From the NCBI GenBank assembly GCA_008080765.1, contig SHMU01000001.1, forward strand, positions 1,255 through 65,254: a stretch of DNA of 64,000 nt, given 5' to 3'. Below are positions 19,801 to 34,800 of this stretch, in pieces. Numbering within the stretch: the stretch's first letter is position 1; each line of letters opens with the position of its first letter. A model generated the notes under the pieces. That model ran no database searches. It was not told the origin of the DNA and saw only the letters and a program-made list of their open reading frames with translations. The DNA comes from Promethearchaeota archaeon (lineage in GTDB: Archaea > Asgardarchaeota > Lokiarchaeia > Sigyniarchaeales > SOKP01). Position numbers and translations under genes: made by a program.

Positions 19801-22800
19801 GTATTTGATATTAATCATGACGGAATTAGCGAAATTATTCGATTAACACCTTCTTCTCTCGATCTAATGTATTATAACCACTCATCGGGATGGACCATTC
19901 AAGAAAATGTCACTAATACCGCTCCTACTGATATCTTACTTACTTATGATCTTTTCTATGATGAGTCGTTGGGAACAACATCTTGTATTGTTGCCTATGA
20001 ACATGACTCTGAATATTATTTAGCACGATATCAGATTAATGCTACCATAGATGAGCAAATAATAATTGATACTACTTATGTGAGTTCTTACGAATGTGAA
20101 AAAATGCCTACTTCAGTGGCTTTTGTAGAGAACTTTAATTATGCCTCGGGAATTGAAATAATTGTTTCCAAATTGGATACGGGCACTTATCATTCAGAGG
20201 TCTTAAAATTTAATTACGATCTTAGTTCTTCTGAACCTTTATATCAAAATATTTTGGGCAGAATTATTCTTATTGAACATCATCTCATCGACGGCTATCA
20301 TACCCTGTTTTTGGGAACGGATCGATATAGAATCGGGAAACGGGATACCGTCTTCGCGCTCAAATATGATTTTGCTATGAATGCATATGTGCGCTATGAG
20401 ATCACCGAGATTGATGCGACGCAATTGGAACTTATCGATATTATGGCTATGAAAACCGAGACGCTTGACAGCCTTATCATGGCGACCGATTCGGGACTCT
20501 TTGAAACCATTATTGACTATACCACCGATACAGACACAATTTATGATCCATGCTCCTTTAATACCGAAATCTTTTCGAAAACTCAATTAAATATAATGGG
20601 ACCTGCATTAAACCCGATCATCGATGTAGAATTTTCACCTATTTCCGATATTATTAGTATATCCTATGACTTGGATAATGGCTACGGCTGGCAACCGCTT
20701 GGTTCAGAATATTATTATTATTCGCCCTATTCCATTAAATTGTTGTTATCGGCATTATGGAATGAATTAGAACGCGTAAAAATAGTTTATAATTATCGTA
20801 CGGGAGTTGCCGAGGAGACTCAAGTCTTTGATCCCTCCTTTACCGTTCATGAGGGTTTCTCGGATAGTACGGACATCTCTGCGTCCAGTGTATTTATTCA
20901 TGATTATCCTTCAGAGTTAGTATGGTTAAATCCGACCACGGGATATTCCGATGAAAACGCGGAATGGATTACCCTTGAAACTGAATGGTACGATAGAGGC
21001 TTAAATTATCGCATGCAACCGGTACGCGGCGAGTTTGAATGGCTGACAGAGTCTCAATATCCCCGGGTACGACCTGAAGTGTATCAGACGGCAACTCTTC
21101 CGTTAGATGCGTCCGATGAGGCTAATATTTCCGAGATTGTTCCTGCCATCGGAGAGATTATCGCCGTCTACGGACTCACTTATTCTGCTGATCAAACTCT
21201 TGAAAGTAATACCCTTCAAAAATATCCTGTATTTCAATGGGATATAATTGAAAGTGGACAGGTCATTTCCTTAGAACGCTGTCCAAAAAAATCCTTATTT
21301 GAAAATATTACCATTAATTATCTTCCATCAGTGAATCTTTATCCTGTGGGTGATGAATACTATTTCGATAATTTTACCCATAATGGAATTGAGTATACCA
21401 ATCCTTATTATATGAGCAATTTACAGGATGATTTGACCGACTATGGAACCTATATTCATCCCGAGCAAGATCTCGCTTATGAATTAGTACGAGATGCGTT
21501 CGGTATTCACGTGAATTTTACCGATGAGGGCGACCCAATCGGAATTCCTTACGGGGCTATGAGTTATGCGACAGTAGACGATACTCCTCAATCCGCAATT
21601 GGTATTACCGATTACTTACTCTATCAATACGAGATAATGGATGAAGCTACCCCCCTACTGGGAGGGACCCTTAATATCTCCATGAATGCCGGATTTAACG
21701 ACATCTATTATGCCGAACTCAGTCAAATGGCTTTAGATTATTACAACATTACCATTACTTTATTTACACTTGATGAAAATGGACAGAGAACCTTCATTCA
21801 TTCAATAGAACAGGAAATTGATCATTCAACACTCGGCTTCTCTTCGAAAGATTTCATCATTCATATTAATGAACATACTTTTACCACTCAACAATTAAGC
21901 TTAATAAAAGAGGCTCTCACCAGAAATAGCGGGAATAACCTCTTAGTAGAGGTGACGACTGAGCTAGATAATGTACGCGTGAATGCGCCTTCCTTTAAAG
22001 GGCATTTTGCCCAAGAAATACTTTCTGCCAGTTTTGAGGCGGAAACATTATCTACCAACATGCAGTATAACGGCTATACCCCGCAAAATACATATCTTGA
22101 AATCCCGCATTCCAATGTTCGACTTACCCGAATCAATACCTCCACCTATGAATTTAGCGATGATGTCTTAAAATACGATTTTAAATTTGTTATTAATCAT
22201 CTGTACGGCTACGATTTAGAAATCTCTCCCGATGATTATATATTCGATGCTAGTACCAATAAAATTACTCTTACACACGAATGGACGGACTTTTACGGGA
22301 TTATTACAGCTAATATCACCTATTTAGCATTCCCGTGGGACTATAATTATATCTCCACCTTAGAACCTATGACCTTTTCGTTTACAGGAGACTTCATTGA
22401 AAACGCCACCCAATTCTTGGAAATTGAAGTGGAGTATGCTCCCGACGGGATTCCCGCCTACCAGTTTCGGGATTTTGACACACAGGGCAGATTAACACTT
22501 TATGATGAAAGCCGTTCTGCAAATATGCTTGAAATATACTTGTATAATTACCGCACGGAAATGTGGGAGAGAAAGGAGTGTGTGGTCTATTCCGATTATA
22601 CAGGCGAGATGGGAAATCGGAAGCCTACTTATTCCTACATTTTCGATAGAAACTTCATTCGATTTGAAGACTACTTCAATGAATATTCTTCACAATATGA
22701 ATTACAAGCTTTATTTATTGTAAATCAGGAAGCGAAATCTTCCTATTATTCAGAATTTTCGATGGATATTGTCAATATTACTCCTCGCCTATATTCTCAT

Positions 22801-25800
22801 GTCCCGCAATCACAATGCGTCCTTTCGCCCGAGCTTGAATTTTCCGTAGATGTGTCCGAATTTTATGACAGGTCTTCGGTCGCTCTCTATTTAGAACAGC
22901 TTTCACTGGATCTTACCTATCTTTCCGAGCTTACCTTCCTTAATAACGAAATTGCCGAACAACACGCGCTTATTCGGGATATAACTCATCTCTATGTAAA
23001 AGATTTAACGGGACAATACCAAGAGCTTAACATGAGTGCGGGAATACACTTCGCTTCGGACGAGTTAGAATCTCTTATTATTCATGATTATGACGCAAAA
23101 ACGTATTATATGCAGTTTAAACTCAGAACACAATATTCCGTATTACTCTATATGAACGTGGGAACCAACCTTCAGATTCAATCCCTACTTCAGTTAGTAT
23201 CCTATGATCTAACCACCAGCAGTAGCAGTTTTACCACAAAACGGATCTCAGCCTCAGAATATAATATTCCATTTGAGCTGAAGGAGATTTCTATGCCGAA
23301 TTATGCAGAAAGCGACTCGGGTTCTGAAATTACTTTACTAGACGCGGATTCGGACGCCGATATAGGTCTTATTAACGGTTTCATGCGAACCGCAGAGACT
23401 AAACAGAGATTAATGCTTAAACACTCACTTCATTATAATTTTACAGAGGCTCAATTTGATATGGATATAGTGTTAGATGATGTATATAGTGATGTGCGAC
23501 TGAATTTACTCAGCCCTATCGGACAATTATTTGAACCTCAGGAAAAATACATCTCTACCGAGGAAACGTTCTCGGTATATACAGACTCAGAAGTGTCATT
23601 GGTTGAATTATATTATATTAACGAGACAGGACATCACATATTAGTTTCCGAAATGGCTTCTTCCGAGGATACTACCTATTATTCATATCTATGGTCTGCT
23701 ATTGATCAGGATACAGAATTGGAGGATGGAAGGGAACTCACGATTAAAATTTATTTAGAGGACCAACTGGGCCATTCTAACGAATATTATTATACCTTTA
23801 TTACCAAATTTGAAGATCCCACGGGAGAGATCTCCGTAGGCGTTGGGTCCGCGGATTATAGTCAGACTCCGGTAAATCCGTTTACATCCTTATCCTTTGA
23901 GAACACCGAGAAACAATTGATCGCCTATTGGCCGTTTGATGAGGATGCGGGCGAGTTAATATATGAGGCATTGAGCGGAGATTCAAGCACTCTTTATAAC
24001 GGGGACGAGTCCGTCTGGGCGGAAGGGTTGAGCGCATCGTGCTTACATCTTGACGGGATAGATGATTATGTCAAAATCAATCATAATCCTCATAGCGAAT
24101 TTGGGTCCGAACCGTTCTCGATTTCTTTCTGGATCAACCCCGATTCTACTGATGAGGGCACCATTTTCGACTCTACAGGGGTTCATATCTTCTTTAATCA
24201 ACCAAATCTTACCGTTCACTTAACTGATATCCACGAGGATCTGGTAGATATTTCCGTTAATCAATTAATAAAAACTAATGTATGGTCCCACGTGATTATT
24301 ACATTTAACGGGTCAGATATTAAAATATACATAGATCGCCATGAAACTGACGCCGAAATCACGGGAAATATAAATGCTCTCGGAATATTGCAGACGGGAA
24401 TTACCGATATTATCGGACGATATTTCAGCGGTTCCATAGACGAGCTGATGCTTTTTGATTTCGCGCTTAATACTGAGGAGATAGATTACCTCTTTTATCA
24501 GAACGAAGAGGGAGGCGTGTTTTCGGAAGCGAATTGGTGGAAATCGACATATGCGTTCGAATCCTGGGAATCCTTACCGCAAGAAGTAAACATTGAGCCC
24601 GATTCGGGCACCCTTACCCAAGAGGGAGACTACTCCACCTTAGGATACCCTTCTATTTTCGATTCTACCTTAATTGAATATACGGGACCTGCCGAGCGAT
24701 GGATTCCTGATCTTTCTACAACTCATGATTATTATTCTTATGTTACTTATCCCGATTATGAGTCAATGACTCCATTATTTGATAGTCTTTCGGGAATTAC
24801 CCTTTATGCACAATTTCCTACTGCAACTATTTCAGAGAGCGATTGGGGTTCTTGGAATGTTGCCTCAAACAGTCAGTTTACAAGTTCGGGATATGATTAC
24901 AATTTTAATTCATTCTTTAATGAGCAAAATTCCTATGACACCATCACTCCTATTGATGGGAGCTCATTAGATCCTTCAAAACTTTTCTCTTTAGATGAAG
25001 AGTTTTCCGGTATTGATTCGCAATCACTTACTCCTCATCTTATTACAATCGATGATATGTTTACGAATTCTGAACTTTATTATCGCCCTGATTACTTTTC
25101 TCATCAGTATTATTTAAATCCCTATGAATTTGATGGTAGTGAATATAATAGATATGATGACAATATAGAAATGGTTAATGCATTCCCGACCTATGATATT
25201 TATGAGCAATTCAACCCTTCAGAATGGATTATCTCCGCTAATAATTCTTATATAACGAACTCTTTGGATCAAGGTGTAGATCATACTAATTTATCTTCTA
25301 TACTTAACAAAATATATCCACAATCTATTGATACAAATAGAGCTGGTTTTCCAGATGACGAGAATAATGATATCAATTTTATTAATTATGATGTAGTGAA
25401 TAGTTTTCTCAGAATTCAGAGAGATGCCTATGAGACTCAGAACAAACCTCATTCTCATGTCTTTTTATATAGTGGATTACATATTCTCAGTGCAATAAAT
25501 CAAATAGTACAATCTTCAGATGGAAATCCGCCATGGAATGTAGATAAAGGAGATGGATATAGAGGTATTAATCAATTAGCAGGGCAAATAGGCGGATCCC
25601 CTATGTCTCAAGATTTTGATTATTACACCATTGATATCGATTCTGCCGATGGTCAATATGGAGAATACGGATATTCGGACTATAGCGTATTAGATCGGTT
25701 ATATATTAGCTCAAGGCATGCAACAGGATGGGTTCATGATATTTTTGCAGGTATAAGATACGGTAAAGATAGTATTGGAACCATTACCATTCAGAAAGAT

Positions 25801-28800
25801 GATCATACTGCTTATACTCATTCTAATTATTTTATCGGGGGAAATACACATCTTAATTATCAAGGGCGTTCAGAATTGATCACTGAGAATCTAGAGGATT
25901 TAGTTAGAGACGACGGGAATGTTTTGATATCTGTTGAAAACTATTTAAATGCAAATTATGAATGGTTTGGTATATATTTGTGGACTGTTGCATGGCTAAT
26001 GCATAAACTTGACCAATTAATAGTAAAGCCGAGATATATAGCAGATGAGGACGTAAATGCCCATTTCACATTTGATCCTGCCATCACACAAGATAAGAAG
26101 TTCATTCTTGCTTTTAATTATGATGCGGGATTACAATATCTTGAATCTTATAATCAAGAGGACTATGATTTAAAAACTAATTCTGCATATTTAATGAACG
26201 GCGACGACATTTTTAAAGAACTCAAATTAGAAGGGGGGTTTGACGGAGAGAATTTTGAAAAGGTTGCTATGCCCATCTATAACCCGAATTTATGGATTGA
26301 TTTTAGAGAGGCTTATACGATTGATAATGTGGATTTAGATTATTTCTTTTTAGTCCGCAATGAAACAACTCCGGACGTAGAGGCTGCTTTCAGCCGTAAT
26401 ATTGGAAATGAGGAAACCGACGGCTTTTTTGACACATTCAATGCCTTGAGTGATACCTACGAGCAAGATTATGAGATCACTCTTGAATTTGAGTATGAAT
26501 ATAAACCAAATCCGGAATTAGATAGAGTTGATAGTGATAATACGTGGGGTTTAAATTCTTACACAAATGTATCCGTAGACGGACAAGAGCCTATTCAATT
26601 ACAGGTAAGTGAAAGTGCCGGTCAAAGCTTTATTTTCAGAAAGACGTTTAATTATACTTGGAATGGAAATGGGATTGATATCGATTTTCTTTTAAGCAAT
26701 ACCCAATTAAAAATTGAGAATCTAAATTATAGTATACAATTTATTGGTAGAAAAAAGGATACGACAGAGGATACCCGAATTTTAGGGCAAGAATTTTTTT
26801 ATGATTGTAATGGTCATGATAATATTACGGATTTAATTTCCGATGAGTTGGATGTTGACTATATCAAAGATAACGGGAGATTTTCTCTACGAATTAATTT
26901 GAGTTTATATGCTGAGTATGTTCCCCTATATGAATATCGACCGACCTTAAATATTTCTTTAGATATTTATGCCGACGGTCAATGGAGAAATAATATCTAT
27001 AATATAACCTACTACAATTATGGGGGTAAGGATTTAGCTAAGTTCAATATCCGTGACTTAATGGACAATAACGGATATACCACATTTGAGGATTATCGCG
27101 TGCATTTCTACACCAGCGGAGACGGAACGTCATTAACTATTCATAATGTTACCCTTATCGACTATGGAGACTTTTTAGAACCTCATACCCCTTATGACGA
27201 TATTTTTTATTCCGAGGATACGCCATTACAATGGAATTTATATTTAGATGATATGCAAGATACTATTATTGAGGAGGACAGATTTCTCTTAGGAGATGCA
27301 TACATCTATAATATGCAACCGATTCAAAATTATGGAACCTCCTCACAAATGCTATTTGGAAAGTATTGGAATGAATATTCAGATTCCACTTATATTGATG
27401 GTTCATATCATAATTATTGGTATAGTGATCCGAATATTGATAATCATGGGAGGGGATATGATACTCTCTTTAATTCCTATTATATGAAGTCGTACTATGA
27501 TAAGGGCGCTTTATTTACTTCTAATGCAGATGTCGCGCATCGTAGAGTGGTAAAGATTAACACTAATATTGAACTTTATGGAGAAGATAATGTTCACAAT
27601 TACCACGTTCCTTTCAGTTGGCGTGTATATAATATAATAGGACAGCTTCCGGATCAATATTCTGCGGATACTGTCAGAATCTATAACGACGAGCAAGAAG
27701 AATACGAAACATTAATCGAAGATAATTATGATTCATCAGCTTTTAGAACCATCAATATTGAGGATGAAGTAGATCATCCGATAACTGAATATATTAATGA
27801 GAAGGGAGAAATGTATATATATATACTACACTGGGGTAGAACAATTCAAACGGCTTGGTATAAACGGGAATGGGAAGGTAGAATTGATATCAGTGACTAT
27901 GATTCCTCTATTACATACGATTACTGGGACAATCCTGAGAATTATTATTCCTACCTACAGATGGATAAGTCTTCGGATTATTTTTCGGATGTTTTTCTGG
28001 ATACTCCTGAATTATATCTCTATTCAAGCAATCCGAATGTAATATACGATTCTCCTACAGAATTTCAGGTATTCTCTACCGATCCATTCTATGAGGATAC
28101 GATTACATGGACTAATAGACCTTCTATGGGAAATCTACTCATGTCCTCATCATATTCATATTCTCCCGAACAAGAATACCTAGTCGAATTGGGAGATTAT
28201 GACGGAGAATATGTTCTTATCAATCATACCGTACCTTCATACTCCCATCAATTGGGAGCCTTCTATACCAGAGAATCAGCAATAAATCAGCCCTATTCGA
28301 GGCAATATATAAGTAAATTTTATCAAAACGAGAAGCATGCCTATCTCCAAACCGATGAGTCGGAGGAATTAAAGATGCGTACAAGTGTATTGGACAGCCC
28401 TCTTACTATAAATCCAGGATCATACTTTATTATTGATTGCCAAGCCCGTACCGATAATATATATTTAGATTTAATTTTTGATGATGGGCAGGGTACTCCT
28501 TCTACACAAGCTACTTTAACCGTCTTAGACCAAAATACCAATTATCAAAATCAATCTATTAAGGTCTTTTATGAAGGAACAGAGGATCTCACCTTTAATG
28601 TTTTCCAGATCCGATCTACTATGGACGATAAAGATTATATCAAAGTATACGCTCTTCGAGTGAGCAATCCGCACGAATTTGAATCGCTTGAGACGGATTA
28701 TACCTCGAAGCTGGATCAATCATTCCGCATCTATTTAAGTGAGATTACCGATAATGATTTTATTGAAACTCTCACTCTTTATTACGCATTCAAATTAGAG

Positions 28801-31800
28801 ATTGATGTGGGAGAAGGTGTGGGCGATGCGGGTTCACACACAATCGAGAATTTTGCTCTTATGATCAAAGACTTTACTACGGACCAATTTATACCATTTA
28901 ATACCACTCCCAATAGAGGGAACTTTTCTCTTAATACGCTAAACATCGAGGATCCGAATTATTCACCGTATCTTTCTAAGGATGAGGAGGGCTATTATTT
29001 AGAATTTAAAGCTCAAGGAGAGTTAAAATACTATTGTAAAGATTTCTCTCTTCTCTTAGATGTCTTTAGAGCTAACTACACTTGGAAACGAATAGACGGT
29101 CCCGATGCCCGGGCAAGTTTCACGAAGGCATTTGATATTGACGGATTTTTGAATGCATTTGATAACGAAACATTTGCCGAGTTTTTACGGAAATACGATC
29201 TTCATATAACGTTTGATTATATATATACGATTGCAGATCCCGATTATGAAGGTTTTGCCAATATTTCCCTCAATAAATACGGTGTAAACGCCGAAATAAG
29301 CGATATATCAGGAAGTGGGCATTATGATTATATTACCGAATTCAATTCCGAATTTTATAATAATTTTAGTATTAATTTTACCCTGCAAAACGGCAACCTT
29401 TCCATTTCTAATTTACAAATAATGGCAACTTTTAAGGCTATTGATGGGGCATACGGACTAGATGATCATCGAATTTTAGAACAGAATTTTACCATCGATC
29501 CCGATCTCAGCTTAGATGAAATAGAGCGAACATTGGGCTTGTTATGGATGGATCTCAACTTCAGCCTTCAAGTAGATGAAAATGAGTATTTACAATATCG
29601 CACTCCGCATAATCTTACTCTTCTTCCTAAGGTATGTATTGATGGTATCTGGTATATTATTGGTACATATCACTATGATTCGGATATCGAATCTTTGAGT
29701 GTGCGATTTAATATTTCTGAGTTCATGAAAGATCATAATCTCTTAGATGGCGAAATCGAGGATATAAAAATTGAAATGATCGTTTCTGGTAATTCCACCA
29801 CATGTGTTCTTTCGGAGTTTGTTCTTTATGAACAACTTCCCGTAGAACCGGCAAACCTTAATTTCACTATGATAATACCTTTCAGAAATCATGAGCATTA
29901 TATAAAAGAACTCTGGTATTCTTATAAAGCCGCTTTTGATCAACCCATCAATCTGAGTATTTGGAATTATGATACCCAGCAATGGGAGGTGCTAACTAAA
30001 GAATCATATAAAGAAAATTACACTATTATCACTGAAGCATATTATGGAATAACTAATGAAGTTCGAATTAAAGTCTCGGCAGAAAGTTATCGCCGTTATT
30101 TCATGGATCAACCGTTCACATTAGCAGTTGATTTAATGAAGCTTATTGAGTATGACACACTAGAGATGTCAATACCAGAAATAACAATACCGTATGAAAA
30201 TGATTTTACTTTCTCAGGATGGGTATATCTTAATAATTCAATTTCAGATATGATAAGTACCCTTTATGGGGAATATACCTCTATAGGGTCCATCCATGAT
30301 GTTATTAATTATGTGGGAATTTCTTCAGAAGGCGCCATTGTATTTGATAAATGTAATCTTGCTGATGGCGATAATGTGACCAGTATCTCGGGTGTGATTC
30401 CTATTGGTGAATGGACTCATATTGTGGTTATTCAAAAAGCCAATACCGTGGTCTTTTATGTAAATGATGAATATCTTGGAACAGGGTCCTTCAGCAATGA
30501 GTATAACGGTTTTACACCCGATAAAATGAACATTGGAAGTGCCCTACAAGATAACTCACAAGGGCGATATAGAATAAATGGGTCTGTGAAAGATGTTAGA
30601 CTCTATAATTATACTATTGCCAGAGAAGATATTCGATGGCTCTATAATTTTGGAAAAGGACAAGTCACCACCCTTCAATATCGTCTCCCGCAACCGCGAA
30701 CTTTTGTTCCGAAAGAATATTTGAAAGTTATTGACCTCGTCTCGGGATATACTTCTGCATGGATTGAGTTTCACTCTTCACAAATATCACAATTTACCGA
30801 TCTTTATGCGTTAGGGATTGAAGATCTTCCTAAGCAGTTTCAATTATGTTATAAAGTTGTAGATTATGCGGGAAACACCATCATTAATACGACATATAAT
30901 GGTATGTTTACTGATATTATGTTTGAGAAAAATACTACCTTACAATGGCAAGATGATGATACCCTTATTGATTTAGGTAGTATTAATGAGCAAGAAAGAA
31001 CGCTCAATTTTACTGGAGAATTTGGAGGGGAAGATGTGGATATTACAATTAATGGATTTTCATTCGGAACTGCTCAATTTGATGAACAAACTCAGAGCTA
31101 TTCATTATCGTTCGGTACTGAAAATTCCATCGATACTCTTATTGGGTATTCGGATTCGTTATTAAGTCCAAAAATCTTTTCCAATATCAACCCTTATAAT
31201 TATGAAAATGTAGCTTGGGAGATTCGCGGACAAGATTTCTTCGGTGCCATCAAACACGTGCTAATCGAAGGAGATCTCGAGATCGTCAATCCTCTTACCT
31301 TTAATGATACAAAGGAATTAGAATTACAACATCTTTACGATAGAGGATTTATCCTCAGAAATTTTGTACGAATGCAACAAGTATATTATATTAATATTAC
31401 CACAGCACAGAAGCATATTATTTCTGTTGGAGACTTTTATCCCGATCGAGATGGAACGATTTATTTCCCTGAACATTCACAAATTCACGAATTATACAGC
31501 CATATTGATGAGATAGAAGGTGGTGTAGTATACTTCAATTATCAGAGCTCTCCGTTTGCGGAAAGCTTGCATAAAACGAATGCAGATGGCTTCTATATTC
31601 GTATCGCAATTCCCGATATACCGGAGCTTTATGAAAAACACACCACAGTCCAAAAACTTGCTATTAAATTTAATGATGCAACGGGCGAGTGTTTTGCGAG
31701 AACGTATTATGATTTAGATTTACGTCCCTATTTCTTAGAGGGTGTGAGAGAGCAATATCAGCAAACCATTTTCGGAATGGGACGTATGCTTTCCATCCCC

Positions 31801-34800
31801 TTGTATTTGGATATGAACGAGCTTGCTTTTTCGGCTCCCGATGCCTATTGGGATTTGAGTATATTAGATTCCATCTCTATAACAGTATCCGATCATTATC
31901 AATGGCCAGGATCTTTTATGGAAGTACACGGTGATAGCTCTGTACTTAACTTACCCTACCAGAAGATTGCCATACAAGATATTAAACTCTATAATCTCTT
32001 GGCAGATAATGTAATAGAGGATGAGCAAGGCTATATCACTTCCGAGATTCAAGTTGAAGCGCCCAATTATTACGGATATTATGCTCAAGATACCATCAAG
32101 ATTAAACGAGAAGAGATACAGCTGACAGATCTTACCCTTCTTATTAATAATGAAGAGGTGAGTGATTCTTGGGAAATACAATATAGCGATTATATGGAAT
32201 TGTATTTCACATATAACGGTCAAGACGATCGTATCCCCTTAGAAGAAATTTATCATATTCCGCTTTCTCTTTATGATGCGGATTCCGCACAAAAATACGA
32301 GTATGCTGTGGCAGACCTACATTGGATCAGTAAAATGGATCTTACCAGCCCACAAGGATATCTTACAAATTATTATTATTCTAAATTTAAGGCACCGGAT
32401 GACCTGGGTACCTTTAATCTCAGTTTTAGCAGTATTGGGTTGCCCATTTATAATATTGTTATTCCTAATGCCCCCTCCTATGAGGTAACGGTTATTCCAG
32501 AAGCACTTCATAAAAATACCCCTATTTATTTGGAAAAAGAAAATTTACGTGTGGAGTATGATAATGAACTAATTTTGAAAGGGTGTGTATTATCCGACGA
32601 TGAGATCTATGAAGTAGATCGGGTGTTACAATATAAATACGAAGAAGCACTCGATGGAGAGGCTTCCTATACTCTAGATTTAGAAGTTCCTTATGATTCC
32701 AGTAATTTTATGGATAAACAGCATTTTGCGTTATATTATCTCAATAAAAAGCTCGAAAAAGTTCCCTTATATGTAAATTTAGATGATGTCTATTTTGTTA
32801 ATGCTTCTATATTAAATACGGCATCTATTCCTGAAATTCGATATGTTAATCATCAATATACCTTACTTATTTATTGGAATACCGCATCCAAACACTTTAT
32901 CGATTATGATGCGAAACTTTTATTAACATATAAGCGAAACGGCAATCCCATTATACCCCTCAGTTACTCTTCTTTAGATTCATTAGGAAACGATCTTTTC
33001 AGCAGCTTAATAGAAGTACCCTTTGTACGATATGACTTACTCAATAAACAATGGCTCTCCGAAGATGATTTTGAAGAGAAATACACACTTACAACCAAAC
33101 TAGAACATACTGTTTTATTCCAAGAATCGGGTATAATCGAAGGTATCGCATTTAATATTTCCAACCAACTGATCACCTCAGATATTGTTCGATTCCAACA
33201 TGCTTATGTAAATCATTCCAATGGATTTATCGAGCCTCTGTCGGAAGATAATTATACCGTGTCTATCGATCCCGAAGGAAGGTTGCATTTTACCTATCAT
33301 AATTACTCGGTAGGAGATACTATTACTGTAGGATATCATACCTATATACCCATTCAGTTACAACATTCTCTTACTTCATCGAATTCTTACTTATACTCAA
33401 TGCGGATGTATTCTAATAATATGTCCTATTATATTGAGTTTACTCCCGATGATTATGTTCTTTCCCAAGATGGCTATGTTCTTTATTTTACCAATCTCTC
33501 TAAAATACTTTCAAATGACTCTTTTACTATCTATGACCCGATTTTCATTAACTATCATGCACCTCTCTCTCGAAAAGTTGATCTGGGTAATAATTTATTG
33601 TTAATGACGCAAGATTCTTTAGGACATTATCTTCCTATTGACAATATCCCCTTGGATAGTTTAGGATTCTTTGAATATGTCAATACCTTCTCTATGGAAC
33701 AGCTTTCCTTGCCTATGTTTGGAGAAACCTATGTTAATATGCGTCTTGATTATTTACCCACAACGATTTATAACAAGCTTGCTCAAGATTATGATCCCGT
33801 CAATTATATATTTAAGGGAAGAAAACGCTATGCTCATAAGGAAGGCGAATGGACTAATGATTTCAGAATTATTACTATTCCAAAACAAGTACGACTTACT
33901 CTGGTAGAGGATCCCACACAACCGACCGTAATATTTCAAGACCACACAGAAGATAAACACTACCAATTCAATCGCAATCCTATGGAAACGCTTGAGGAAG
34001 GTGAAGAATATACCGCCTTACAGATGGATTTATCGGCTAAGAAAACCTATATGTTTAAATATCAATTAGTCGATACTTTCGATAAACCTATAATTAATAG
34101 TATTGTATGGCTGCAAATTGGATTCATGCCAAAGAGTGCCACCCAATTCCTCAATCCACGTGCTATCATTGAGGATGGGACTTCTATTTATTATGAAAGC
34201 TTAGGCACGGAATTATATACAAGCAGAGGTCCAGGAGAAGGAGTTCATAAAATGTATGGGGCACCTACACTTTTTGATCTTGCTGAACCACAAGGTGAAT
34301 TCACCCAATACGGACCATATGTATGGACCTATTGCAAAACGAATGCTTTTGGAATCGCCGAATTTGACATCTCATTCGATCAACACTTTGTAGAAGATTT
34401 TAATACAATATTTGGTCAAGAGCATGCTATTGAGAGCGTTGATGATATTGTTCTTTATCATCGTGCCTTCTCTTCTTATTTTAAGTGGGACGAGATGGTA
34501 ATGGATCCCACAACTCTTATATGTTCAGAGTCTACTTCCAATGAAGTTTATAATGGTGAAAACAGACTTGAAAATTACAACTTTACCGACTTAGCAATTC
34601 AAGACAGTACCGCCGCAGAAGGAATCATCAGAATTCGAAAGAGAGATATCGTAGCAGCTCCTGCAAATAGATTAAGCTATAAATTTAATCTAAATCAAAC
34701 CTCCTTCGACCCTCTCTCTTTTACGATCTTTGCGAGTGAGGCAGATTTAATTCCTACTCCTCAAGGCACCACTATTAATTCATTAACCGCATTACATAGT

